Below, one piece after another: positions 11,435-24,000 of a stretch of 64,000 nt of DNA. Below the pieces are notes generated by a model. It did no database searches. It saw only the letters and a program-made list of their open reading frames with translations, and was not told the DNA's origin. Position numbers and translations under genes: made by a program. The number at the start of each line of letters is the position of its first letter. Position 1 is the stretch's first letter. Origin of the DNA: Eledone cirrhosa (lineage: Eukaryota); the NCBI GenBank assembly GCA_964016885.1, contig OZ024746.1, positions 47,182,001 to 47,246,000 on the forward strand, given 5' to 3'.

Positions 11435-14400
11435 GTTGTTATTCCTTGAATCTCAGTCATTGATGTTGGTTAACTGGAAAGTCCGTTGGATTGAATATCA
11501 AGCCACTACCTGCAACCTCAGATATTCAGGACGTATCGGAGGGTTCTTGCTGTTCCAAGCAAGCATGCCTTTTGAAGCGTTCCAAAAAGCGTGAAGGGGC
11601 CGATTTTCTTTAACCATCCCTGGAAACTTTTGGAGATAGTCCCCAGTGCGCCTTTGACAATCGGGATCACTTTGACTTCATGGCAGTTCCAAATCCTTTT
11701 CACCTCCCACTTTAGGTCCTGGTATCGGTTAATTTTCTCCCTCTCCTTCTCTTGCACTCTCGTGTCGAACGGGCAGGCCACATCCACAATCAGACACGAT
11801 CTTTTTTCCTTGTCCACAACCACCAGGTCAGGTCTATTGTATTCCAGTTTTTTGTCCGTCTGTATCCTAAAATCCCACAGCACCTTCACCTGATTGTTCT
11901 CCATCACCGCCTCTGGCCTATGCTCATACCATTTCTCAGAATGTGGTAAATTGTTTACTTTGCACAGGTGCCAGTGGATTACCCTGCCCATCACATCGTG
12001 TCTCCAGCCCTTATAGTGGGTCTGGGCTAGGTGTTTACACTCGGACACAATGTGAGCCACAGTCTCCTCTCTCTCTCCACAGATCCTGCACAGTGGGCTA
12101 GCCTCCTCCTTGTAAATATGGTGCTTCAACCACTTCGTTTTGAGGGCCTGCTCCTGCGCAGCCATTAGCATTCCTTCTGTAGCCTTTTTGAGGTCTCCTC
12201 TTCTCAAACAGTTCCATGTCTGTGGATCTCTAAATTCAGTTTTCTCAAAGAAGGTACTATGAAGGGATTTTCCCTTAAGGCTGCTCTTCCTCCTTGATGT
12301 TATTTCCTCGTTGGACATCCCCTGGCCTACTGTCCCCTCCTTCAGTACAGTTCTGAGCATTGGCTCCTTACTATAGGTCACGTATTTGTATAGGTTGTTT
12401 TTCTCCATCTGAACACAGTCCTCTATGCTGATAAGACCTCTTCCACCCTCAGATCTCCTTAGGTAGAGTCTATCGACATCACTCCTCTTGTGGAACATGT
12501 TGTAGATAGTCAATAGCTTCCTAGTCTTCCTATCCATTTCTTTTTGTTCAGCAACATTCCAGCTCAGAATTACCGCACTGTACCTAATTATAGACACAGC
12601 TCGGGAATTTACTGCGCTTATGGCATTTCTGCTGTTCAGATGTGACTTCAATACGCTCCTTACTCTCCGAATGTATTCAGTTCTTAACAATTCCTTCATT
12701 TTTTTGTTCTTTATGCCATCAGCCTCCAGAACGCCCAAATACTTGTATCCTTCCTCAGAGTCAATTTCCTTTATCATCTCACCTGTTGGTATCTGGATCC
12801 CGTTACTTCTGCTCAACCTACCCCTCCTCATCACAATGATTCCACATTTACTAATACCAAACTGCATACATATATCACTGCTGAAAATACGGACAGTGTC
12901 AACAAGCACATCCAACTCCTTCTCACTTTTCCCGAAGAGCTTAAGATCGTCCATGAAGAGGAGGTGATTGATGGTAAGCTCTCCCTTTCCCAACTTGTAT
13001 CCTGCTCTCACTTTTCGCAGCATAATGGTCAAGGGCATCAGGGCAAGGACAAACAACAGAGGGGACAGGCTATCTCCCTGGAAGATACCTCTCTTGATCT
13101 TCACGCTTCCCAAGGATTCTCCAGTTGATGTCAACTCTGTCTCCCAGGACCCCATACTCCTGCCCAGCAGCTGTCTGATGTTATCTGCCACCCTGAAGAT
13201 CTCCAGGCTTTTGGTGATCCAAGAATGAGGCACCATGTCAAATGCCTTTCTGTAGTCTATCCATCCCATGGCAAGACCAATGTGTCTCCTCCTGCAATTC
13301 CCCATTCCCATCTTATCAATAAGTAACTGGTCCTTTGTACCACGTGACTTCTTTCGGCATCCTTTCTGTTCGTCCGGTAACAAGTTGTTTGTGTGGAGGT
13401 GATGGTAGATTTCCTCAGACACAATGCTCGTCAACAATTTCCACATTACGGACAGACATGTGATAGGTCTATAGTTGGTAACATCATTACCCTTGATTCG
13501 GTCTTTCATTATCAGAACTGTGGTACCTTTTGTCAACCACTCTGGCACCTCACCCGACACCAAGCAGTCATTGAACATGGCCGTCAGCTTCGGGTGGAGG
13601 GATGTTAAATTTTTAATCCAATACCCCTGCACACCATCTGGGCCTGGTGATTTCCAGTTGGTTAGTTTTTTGGCCTGCCCCTTAAGAGTTTCAACTGTGA
13701 TACTCAAATCAGTTTGTTGGTGTGCCTGCTCACCGATCTCCCTCTGTACTGTATCAATCCACCCTGCCTGGACATTATGTCTAACATCCTGCTCCCATAT
13801 TCCTCTCCAGAATGTTTTAGTTTGCTCCGCCCCAGGGATCAAGTCGTTGCCTCTTTCTTTCCCCTCAAGCTGTCCAAACAGCATCTTCTGGTTGTTGTCG
13901 AACATGCGGTTCTGTTTATACTGACTGACTCTGTTCTCGTATCGCCTGATTTTTGCACTCTTTGCTACAATGCGTTGCTTCAGTTCCTCTATGATAATAT
14001 TTAGCTTTTTCCTCCTAGTTTTGTACTTTATTTCCAGTCTATTTTTAGTGCCTATGTTTTTTAGTGTCCCATTCAGTAGTGACTCAAGCTTTCCTATGTC
14101 ATTTCTCATTTCCCCGATTTGACCACTCAGTCGTTTCTTCCACCACGGCTCTGCTCTTTCTTGTCTGTTGTTTCCTCTCGCTTTTATACCAAGTAGTTTC
14201 CTCACCGTATTTGCTGTTGCTTTGAGGATATTGTTGCACTGGTGAAGGCTCCTCGCCTCAAGGTATGGGATGACTTTGTTTACCTTAGCTGTTGTTTCTT
14301 TTAACTTTTTCCTGTCTACAAATCTTAGGTTCATAGGTCTCCCACTATCATTGTTCAATTCATCTACCACTAAATTTAGGTTGTCAACCGAATCTTGTCC

Positions 14401-15983
14401 TAGCCCGTCAGCATTCATCTCCTCAGTGGCCGTATCTCTGTTCCAGGTATTATTTATCTCAGTATTCAGATCATTGTCTGCTTCGGGTGGTTCCTCCGTT
14501 CTCAGGACCTCTTCACCTTCATTTCCCACTGGCTCGCTTGTCTGGCATACTACACCCGCCATCTCCAAGCCATTCTCTCTGCTCAGTTCCTCCAGTTCCA
14601 GCTCGCTTATCCACCCATTAGTTCTTATTACCCGTGCCTGCCCGGCCAATTTTTGTTCATCTAATTTAAATAGACCAATTTCGTTCCAGATGTTATGCAT
14701 CCGTCTCCTGTAGCCCCTCTCCTTGGGGTTACTTTTCAGGTAACATTGCATAACAGTTCTATTCAATTCTTTCGTCCAGTTGGTTCTGGCCCCTTTCCTT
14801 CTTCTTCTTCCTCCAACATCAGCAGTATTTGGTTGACAGTCAGGTTCCTGCTGCTGAGCCAGGGGGCACCTGTTGGGTGAGTGTCTGTCACATGACGTTC
14901 TAGTCTCCATTTCACCGTTATTCGAACTGTTTATTTTCGATATTTAAACACTCTTATCGAGGATTGGCGAATGTATGGTTACATAGCCATCTGTGGATTC
15001 GCCGTTCCACTTGGCCCTTGTGTGGCATTATCACCACGCTATATACGAACACACATAAACAAACAAACACACAGGCAGAAAGGGCCCCAAAAATAAATAA
15101 GCATAAGTTTCATCGTAATATAGTGTTCGAACGTCTGACTTAGTTTTTGTTTTTTTAGTTTTAGTTTTTCCCCCCTCTTCTCTGTCCGTCCGCCTGCTTC
15201 TCTCTTCATTCTTATTTTCTTTACGTTTTTTGTTGTTTTTTTTTGTTGTTTTTTTTCTCTGTTTGTTTTTCTCATTTTTTGCTGTTGTTGCTGTGCTGCT
15301 TTGGTTTTGTTGTTTGTTTTTTCTTTTTTCTTTTGAGTCTATCTATATATTTTGATGCCTTCCTCTTTTTTAGTAGTAGGAATTCTATAATGTGGTGGCA
15401 GCAGCCAGCTGGTAAACGTGGAAACTGGCGGCGGTAGCGATACTGAGACAGTGGTGGTGGTGATGTCGATACCGAGGCAGTGGTGGTGGTGATGTGATCG
15501 TATTACTGTAGTGATGGTGTTGTAGCGGTGGTAGCAGTGAAGGAGTGAAGGAGTGGTGGCGGCGGTGATGGGATAGTGGTGGTAATGATGGCAGTAGTGA
15601 GCGGTGGTGGTTAAATTGCCGTTATCTGGCTGTTGTGTTTAGTGTACACAGGTGATGAGGTGGGTGGTGTATCTAGTTTCTGGTGTTGGTGAGTTTGGCT
15701 GTTCTATATAGTGTAGACAGAGGAGAGGAGGGAGGGGTTATTCTTCCATTTATAGCCATTTTCTTTTTTGGATATACAGTGTACAATACAAAGTTGAATA
15801 TTTGAATATTTGAGCCTTATAACAATATATTTTGGGTCCGAATTTTTTAGGGCTCAAGCCGGGTGCTTTACGTAGCATTTGTACTAAGAGTTGTTATTTC
15901 ACAAATGATTTAAATATGTTAAAAATTCAAAATTTACGGGAGCAATTTCATGACCTCCGCCACCTCGTGCGTCTTCTTCCCTT
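11435..15983 (-). mobile_element. Full-length R4/Dong family A, copy A2
   Basis: Colinear and highly similar to A1; (TTA)n at both ends. Confidence 0.95.
11518..14910 (-). CDS. R4/Dong-type RT/endonuclease protein, 1130 aa, intact
   Basis: Same length and motifs as 1486-4878, with scattered substitutions. Confidence 0.95.
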   Translation of the reverse strand: METRTSCDRHSPNRCPLAQQQEPDCQPNTADVGGRRRRKGARTNWTKELNRTVMQCYLKSNPKERGYRRRMHNIWNEIGLFKLDEQKLAGQARVIRTNGWISELELEELSRENGLEMAGVVCQTSEPVGNEGEEVLRTEEPPEADNDLNTEINNTWNRDTATEEMNADGLGQDSVDNLNLVVDELNNDSGRPMNLRFVDRKKLKETTAKVNKVIPYLEARSLHQCNNILKATANTVRKLLGIKARGNNRQERAEPWWKKRLSGQIGEMRNDIGKLESLLNGTLKNIGTKNRLEIKYKTRRKKLNIIIEELKQRIVAKSAKIRRYENRVSQYKQNRMFDNNQKMLFGQLEGKERGNDLIPGAEQTKTFWRGIWEQDVRHNVQAGWIDTVQREIGEQAHQQTDLSITVETLKGQAKKLTNWKSPGPDGVQGYWIKNLTSLHPKLTAMFNDCLVSGEVPEWLTKGTTVLIMKDRIKGNDVTNYRPITCLSVMWKLLTSIVSEEIYHHLHTNNLLPDEQKGCRKKSRGTKDQLLIDKMGMGNCRRRHIGLAMGWIDYRKAFDMVPHSWITKSLEIFRVADNIRQLLGRSMGSWETELTSTGESLGSVKIKRGIFQGDSLSPLLFVLALMPLTIMLRKVRAGYKLGKGELTINHLLFMDDLKLFGKSEKELDVLVDTVRIFSSDICMQFGISKCGIIVMRRGRLSRSNGIQIPTGEMIKEIDSEEGYKYLGVLEADGIKNKKMKELLRTEYIRRVRSVLKSHLNSRNAISAVNSRAVSIIRYSAVILSWNVAEQKEMDRKTRKLLTIYNMFHKRSDVDRLYLRRSEGGRGLISIEDCVQMEKNNLYKYVTYSKEPMLRTVLKEGTVGQGMSNEEITSRRKSSLKGKSLHSTFFEKTEFRDPQTWNCLRRGDLKKATEGMLMAAQEQALKTKWLKHHIYKEEASPLCRICGEREETVAHIVSECKHLAQTHYKGWRHDVMGRVIHWHLCKVNNLPHSEKWYEHRPEAVMENNQVKVLWDFRIQTDKKLEYNRPDLVVVDKEKRSCLIVDVACPFDTRVQEKEREKINRYQDLKWEVKRIWNCHEVKVIPIVKGALGTISKSFQGWLKKIGPFTLFGTLQKACLLGTARTLRYVLNI

Positions 15984-15990
15984 ACTCTTC

Positions 15991-16054
<64 letters not shown>

Positions 16055-16056
<2 letters not shown>

Positions 16057-19000
16057 AGCTGCATTTATCTTGCTTTATGTTCATACGAGTTATCACCAAG
16101 TCACAACCAGTGACCTCAAGAGACAACAAGGTCCGCCATGTTCAAGAAAGAACATACATATTCACACATGTATCTTTAGGTGTTTAGACTTGTGATGTAC
16201 TTATATTGACAGAATCTTCCTTAGTATATGGGCAGTTCCCATTAGTACTATCTTTTGTATTTCTCCTATACACGGGTTTCCTGGGATTTGCGATAAGTAA
16301 TCATTAGACTCCTTAGGTATCATTCCTAGAGCGCCTACAACCACTGGTATTGTTTTAGTTCTCAATTTCCACATTTTTCCAATTTCTATCTCCAGGTCCT
16401 TATACTTGCGCAATTTTTCAAATGTTTTTATAGATACATTCTTGTCTATTGGAACGGACATATCAATTAGCAGGCATACCCTCTTTTTAAAGTCCTTCAA
16501 TATTATATCAGGTCTATTTGCATCTATTTTTCGGTCTGTTTGGATGCTAAAGTTCCACAAGATTGAGATGTGATCTTTTTCAAGTATGGGAGGAGGTTGA
16601 TGCTCCCACCAATTCTTTTGATGGGGCAGGTCAAAATGCTTACACATTATCCAATGTATGTATTGTGCAGCTCTGTCATGCCTGTTTAGGTATTCGGTTG
16701 GAGCTATAGGACTGCACATTGAAATTATATGGTGAATGGTCTCTGGTTGTTTTTTACATACATGGCATAATGGGCTGCATCCATTTTTTATTATGTTGGC
16801 TTGGTAAATTTTTGTTGGCAGACACTGATCTTGTGCTGATATAATCAGTCCTTCAGTCTCCGATTTCAGTCCAGAGGATGCTAACCACTGATGGGTTAAA
16901 GTTTTGTCAACATCAGGATTGTTAGCTCGTTCTGGGTATTTTCCATACAGAGGCTTTTCTTGCCATTTCCTAGCCAGTTTCTGTAGCAGTTCTTTCTTTG
17001 CAGTTACTTTTACCTGCTTTGCCTTTTCTGTGTTTTCCATTTCAGCAGTAAATGGGACTTCTGAAATGTGTAGTCCATTACTGTATCTTTGTGCATCTTT
17101 TGTAATGGAGTATGATCTTTGATGCTTTCGTGTTTCAAAACGAGTTTGATCATCCAATCATGTGATTCCCTTAGATATGTAGATAATCCAATTGTTGCAG
17201 TTTTCAACGCAATGTCTAACTGGATTAACCCACGTCCTCCTTCTTTCCTAGGGAGATATATTCTATCTGTATCTGCCTTAGGGTGATGCATTCTGTGCAT
17301 GGTTAAGAATTTTCGAATTTTTGTATCGAGCCTACGGATCTCTGTGCTTGACCAGTTGATGACATTGTAACTGTAGGTTACTACTGGTATGGCAAGCGTG
17401 TTTATGGCATCGATCCTATTCCTTGCATTCAATTCCGTTCTTAAGATTGCTCTTACTCTGCGGTAACATTCCTTCCTTATCCTTTCCCTCATTGTCTCTT
17501 ATCACATTCCCCCGATCAAGATTAATGTCTGAACTTTTCAGCAGTTTTCCTCTGGTGAACGTTGCTTTGGCGCATTTATCTAGTCCAAACTCCATATTAA
17601 TGTCATCACTGAACTGCTCCACAGTGGATAATAGCCCTTGCAATTGTTCATCATTTTTTGCAAATAGTTTCAGGTCATCCATGTAGAACAAGTGATTAAT
17701 GGTTTTGTCATAGACTTTATATCCATGTTTTGTTTCATTGAGCATTTTACTTAATGGTATAAGTGCGATGCAGAATAAAAGCGGTGATAAAGAGTCACCC
17801 TGAAAAATTCCACAATTAATATTAACTTCTCCAGCTTCCAGTGATTTTGTTTCACTATTCAAAAGGAGTGTCGTTTTCCATGTCTTCATACTGAATGACA
17901 AAAACCTCCTGACAACGGGAGATATTTTGAAAATCTCTAAACATTTTTCAATCCAACTGTGTGGCAAACTATCGAGTGCTTTTTTATAATCTATCCAAGC
18001 AATTGATAGATTTTTGTGTCTATTATGACAATCTTCCAGTATCATTTTGTTAACCAAAAGCTGATCCTTACAGCCATATGAGCCTCGTTTACACCCTTTC
18101 TGCTCAATAGGAAATAGGTCATTTGTTATCAGGTGGTCATATGTGTATTCAGTTAGGACTGATGTTAAAATTTTATACATTGTGGTCAAGCAAGTTATCG
18201 GTCTGTAATTTTTGGAATTGTTTGTCTCATCATTCTTTGGAAGCAGGAATGTAATGCCGTTAACTAGCCATGATGGTATCGTTTCCAGCTCCTTAACTAT
18301 TTCATTGTAAAGTTGGGCTAACAGCTCATGAGACTCTGTGAAGGCATTTATCCAAAAGTTTTGTATTTTGTCTTTTCCTGGGGATTTCCATTTGCTGGTT
18401 TTTCTTAGAGCCAAGCGCAACTGTTCAACTGTTATATTTTCCCATATTTGTTCTTCAAGGTGAGCTGTATCTTTCATTTGTCTGTCTGTCCATGGGGCAT
18501 GTACGTTATAAACTTTTTCTTCAGCCCAGATCTTTTCCCAGAATTCTTGCACTTCCTCCTTGGGTGGTATTGATTTAGCAGTTATTGTTGGCTTACCAAT
18601 TTTTCTGTAGAAGTTTCTTTGGTTGTTTTTGAACATATTATCGTCCTTATAGAATCTAGATTGTTTTTCAAAGCGCCTTATACGAGCAGCTTTGGCCGAC
18701 ACTTTTTGCTTGATTATTTCTATCAGCATGTCTATGTCACTTGTTGATTTTATACTGTACTTTCTTTTCAATTTTCTAATTTTAGTTTGTTTAACATGTT
18801 CACCTACTTTATAGTTTGTTAAAATTTCTATGTCAGATCGGAGAAGGTTTATTTGGCGATTGATGTTCTCTTGCCAAGTAGATTTCTTGTGGGAATTCCT
18901 TTGTTTTTTCATCTTCACTCCACATAAGTGAGTGGTGACTTTAGCCGATGCATAATAGAGATGATTTAAATCAGTAATGTTTAGTTTGTTTGTGATGATA

Positions 19001-20238
19001 ATGTTTTTGAGAATTATGTTAGTCTTGTGTATTATCTTTTGGTTCTGTTTGGAGTTCTGGATCTTAGGGAGGGTGTCTCTTTGCCCCATGTCAGATTCTT
19101 TCATTTTCATCCATTCGATCATAATTTCATCCTTCAAGTGGGCAAGTTCATTCTCATTCATTTCTTTATCATTTACGATCTCATTGTTTTCATTTTGAGT
19201 TTCATCTTGAGCATGCACCCCCTCCTTTTTCAATCCTTTCTTTAATTTGTTCTGTTGTCAGTGATTCCGCCCCAACCCTGGGATTCGAAGTGTTACAATT
19301 TACCTCGTTTTCACTGACACTTGTTTCATTTTCCCTTCGCTGACTTTGTGCTAATAGCTTGATCTGATCAATTTCTATATCAGTTAGTAACTTTTTTTTA
19401 CAATATTTCTTCGTAATTGGCCAGTTTGTTACTGTCAATATGGCCTCTGTTTTCGGGATGTTTCTTTTTCCAGTTGATATATGTCTGTTCTGTATTCGAT
19501 GTATTTGATGGGTAGTACATGGCAGTGTAGAAAGCCTCAAGGACTTCTTTATTATCTTCCCTTGACCATTTTTCTCTCATTTTCTTTGGATTTCTTGGTG
19601 GTGAGCATGGAGGGCCAACAGTAGGAGTATTCCGGTTATGGGAGGTCTCCAGCTCCGAAGTGATGGGAAGGTTTGAACCATTACTGATTTTTCGACCCCA
19701 GTCTGGTTCCTCTCTGAGGGACGCGGCCCTTTTTGACCCGGGTGACGGCCGATCCGGTATGAGATTTTATCATTAGAAATTTACTTTATTTTGTCGCGTT
19801 TTATCCTTATCCGCCAAGGGGTAATCATTTCGTGTTACCACTTCTAGAACGAGTGTCAACCAAGACTAGAGGGGTCGTCCTCCCCTAGAGACACGGCTAT
19901 TCCCCGCCGGCCGCCATCCCTGTATTTCTTGGTCACGGGGTTTTCTTTTTTGTTGTTTTTTAATTTGTTATTATCATGAGTGGTTCCTTAATGTGAGCAT
20001 TGCGTGGCTTAAGAATGAAATTATTAATAATATAATATACTTTTTGCTGAAGTTGCCTGTTATTGTTGTTGGCTATGTCGGTGGTGGTGCTGAGGCTTTT
20101 TCTATTGTTGGTGGGGAAGGGAGGAGCCAGCTGTGCCATAGTCGTTGACGTTTGGCCGGTGGCCGGGTCACTAAGTCAATCTATTTATATCTTTTGCTAG
20201 CCTCTCCCTTGTCTAGTGATACTGCCACCTTCCCCTTT
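16055..20238 (-). mobile_element. Family B copy B2 (disabled; distal 5' UTR missing, fused to a family A fragment)
   Basis: ORF pieces 16201-17157, 17010-17492, 17416-19233; ~65-bp deletion at ~17496; start ATG changed to ATT. Confidence 0.92.
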
Positions 20239-20991
20239 AAGTTCTGGTATCGGTTAATTTTCTCCCTCTCCTTCTCTTGCACTCTCGTGCCAAATGGGCA
20301 GGCTACATCTACAATCAGGCACGTTCTTTTTTCCTTGTCCAAAACCACCTGGTCAGGTCTATTGTGTTCCAGTTTCTTGTCCGTCTGTATCCTAAAATCC
20401 CATAGCACCTTCACCTGATCGTTTTCTATCACCGACTCTGGTTTATGCTCATACCATTTCTCAGAATGTGGTAAATTGTTTACTTTGCACAGGTGCCAGT
20501 GGATCACCCTGCCCATCACATCATGTCTCCAGCCCTTATAGTGGGTCTGGGCTAGGTGTTTACACTCGGATACAATGTGAGCCACAGTCACCTCTCTCTC
20601 TCTCCACAGATTCTGCAGAGTGGGCTAGCCTCCTCCTTGTAGATATGGTGTTTCAACCACTTCGTTTTGAGGGCCTGCTCTTGCGCAGCCATTAGCATTC
20701 CTTCTGTAGCCTTTTTAAGGTCTCCTCTTTTCAACCAGTTCCATGTCTGTGGATCTCTGAATTCAGTTTTCTCAAAGAAGGTACTATGAAGGGATTTTTC
20801 CTGAAGGCTGCTCTTTCTCCTTGTTTTTATTTCCTCCTTGGACATCCCCTGATCTATTGTCCTCTCCTTCAGTACAGTTCCTAGCATTGGCTCCTTACTA
20901 TCAGTCGCGTATTTGTATAGGTTGTTTTTCTCCATCTAAACACAGTCCTCTATGCTAATAAGACCTCTTCCACCTTCAGATCTCCTTAAGT
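20235..20991 (-). mobile_element. Diverged family A internal fragment lacking both ends
   Basis: Matches the family A zinc knuckle/endonuclease region with more substitutions and a frameshift near 20590. Confidence 0.9.
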
Positions 20992-21005
20992 ATATTATTA
21001 TTATT

Positions 21006-24000
21006 ACAGTTGCGTTTATCTTGGTTTATGTTCATACGAGTTATCACCAAGTCACAACCAATGACCTCAAGGGACAACAAGGTCCGCCATGTTCAAGAAA
21101 GAACATACATATTCACACATGCATCTTTAGTGTTTAGACTTGTGATGTACTTATATTGACAGAATCTTCCTTAATATATGGGCAGTTCCCATTAGTACTA
21201 TCTTTTGTATTATCCTATACGCGAGTTTCCTGGGATTTGCGATAAGTAATCATTAGACCCCTTAGGTATCATTCCCAGAGCGCCTACAACCACTGTTATT
21301 GTTTTAGTTCTCAATTTCCACATTTTTCCAATTTCTATCTCCAGATCCTTATACTTGCGCAATTTTTCAAATGTTTTTATAGATACATTCATGTCTATTG
21401 GAACGGACATATCAATTAGCAGGCATACCCTCTTTTTAAAGTCCTTCAATATTATATCAGGTCTATTTGCATCTATTTTTCGGTCTGTTTGGATGCTAAA
21501 GTTCCACAAGATTGAGATGTGATCTTTTTCAAGTATGGGAGGTGGTTGATGCTCCCACCAATTCTTTTGATGGGATGGGTAAAAATGCTTACACATTATC
21601 CAATGTATATATTGTGCAGCTCTGTCATGCCTGTTTAGGTATTCGGTTGGAGCTATAGGACTGCACATTGAAATTATATGGTCAATGGTCTCTGGTTGTT
21701 TTTTGCATACACGGCATAATGGGCTGCATCCATTTTTTATTATGTTGGCTTGGTAGTTTTTGTTGGCAGACACTGATCTTGTGCTGATATAATCAGTATT
21801 TCAGTCTCCAATTTCAGTCCAGAGGATGCCAACCACTGATGGGTTAAAGTTTTGTCAACTTCAGGATTGTTAGCTCGTTCTGGGTATTTTCCATACAGAG
21901 GCTTTTCTTGCCATTTCTTAGCCAGTTTCTGTAGCAGTTCTTTCTTTGCAGTTACTTTTACCTGCTTTGCTTTTTCTGTGTTTTCCATTTCAGCAGTAAA
22001 TGGGACTTCTGAAATTTGTAGTCCATTACTGTATCTTTGTGCATCTTTTGTAATGGAATATGATCCTTTGATGCTTTCGTGTTTCAAAACGAGTTTGATC
22101 ATCCAATCATATGATTCCCTTATATATATAGATAATCCAATTGTTGCAGTTTTCAACGCAATGTCTAACTGGATTAACCCACGTCCTCCTTCTTTCCTAG
22201 GGAGATATATTCTATCTGTATCTGCCTTAGGGTGATGCATTCTGTGCATGGTTAAGAATTTTCGAATTTTTGTATCGAGCCTACGGATCTCTGTGCTTGA
22301 CCAATTGATGACATTGTAACTGTAGGTTACTACTGGTATGGCAAGCGTGTTTATGGCATCGATCCTATTCCTTGCATTCAATTCCGTTCTTAAGACTGCT
22401 CTTACTCTGCGGTAACATTCCTTCCTTATCCTTTCCCTCATTGTCGACTGCTTGATTCCGTCTCCTTCACAAACACCTAGATATATGCAAGTTTCCTCTT
22501 GATCAAGTTCTCTTATCACATTACCCCGATCAAGATTAATGTCTGAACTTTTCAGCAGCTTTCCTCTGGTGAACGTTGCTTTGGCGCATTTATCTAGTCC
22601 AAACGCCATTTTAATGTCATCACTAGACTGCTCCACAGTGGATAATAGCCCTTGCAATTGTTCATCATTTTTTGCAAATAGTTTCAAGTCATCCATGTAG
22701 AACAGGTGATTAATGGTTTTGTCATAGACTTTATATCCATGTTTTGTTTCATTGAGCATTTTACTTAATGGTATAAGTGCGATGCAGAATAAAAGCGGTG
22801 ATAAAGAGTCACCCTGAAAAATTCCACAATTAATATTAACTTCTCCAGCTTCCAGTGATTTTGTTTCACTATTCAAAAGGAGTGTCGTTTTCCATGTCTT
22901 CATACTGAATGACAAAAACCTCCTGACAACGGGAGATATTTTGAAAATCTCTAAACATTTTTCAATCCAACTGTGTGGCAAACTATCGAATGCTTTTTTT
23001 ATAATCTATCCAAGCAATTGATAGATTTTTGTGTCTATTATGACAATCTTCCAGTATCATTTTGTTAACCAAAAGCTGATCCTTACAGCCATATGAGCCT
23101 CGCTTACACCCTTTCTGCTCAATAGGAAATAGGTCATTTGTTATCAGGTGGTCATATGTGTATTCAGTTAGGACTGATGTTAAAATTTTATACATTGTGG
23201 TCAAGCAAGTTATCGGTCTGTAATTTTTGGGATTGTTTGTCTCATCATTCTTCGGAAGCAGGAATGTAATGCCGTTAACTAGCCATGATGGTATCTTTTC
23301 TGGCTCCTTAACTATTTCATTGTAAAGTTGGGCTAACAGCTCATGAGACTCTGTGGAGGCATTTATCCAAAAATTTTGTATTTTGTCTTTTCCTGGGGAT
23401 TTCCATTTGCTGGTTTTTCTTAGAGCCAAGCGCAACTGTTCAACTGTTATATTTTCCCATATTTGTTCTTCAAGGTGAGCTGTATCTTTCATTTGTCTGT
23501 CTGTCCATGGGGCATGTACGTTATAAACTTTTTCTTCGGCCCAGATCTTTTCCCAGAATTCTTGCACTTCCTCCTTGGGTGGTATTGATTTAGCAGTTAT
23601 TGTTGGCTTACCAATTTTTCTGTAGAAATTTCTTTGGTTGTTTTTGAACATATTATTGTCCTTATAGAATCTAGATCGTTTTTCAAAGCGACTTATACGA
23701 GCAGCTTTGGCCGACACTTTTTGCTTGATTATTTCTATCAGCATGTCTATGTCACTTGTTGATTTTATACAGTACTTTCTTTTCAATTTTCTAATTTTAG
23801 TTTGTTTAACATGTTCACCTACTTTATAGTTTGTTAAAATTTCTATGTCAGATCGGAGAAGGTTTATTTGGCGATTGATGTTCTCTTGCCAAGTAGATTT
23901 CTTGTGGGAATTCCTTTGTTTTTTCATCTTCACTCTACATAAGTGAGTGGTGACTTTAGCCGATGCATAATAGAGATGATTTAAATCAGTAATGTTTAGT

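Noticed and set aside
556-14880. Recurrent + strand ORFs antisense to the Dong ORFs
   Set aside because: Shadow frames repeated only because the copies are similar; no domains.
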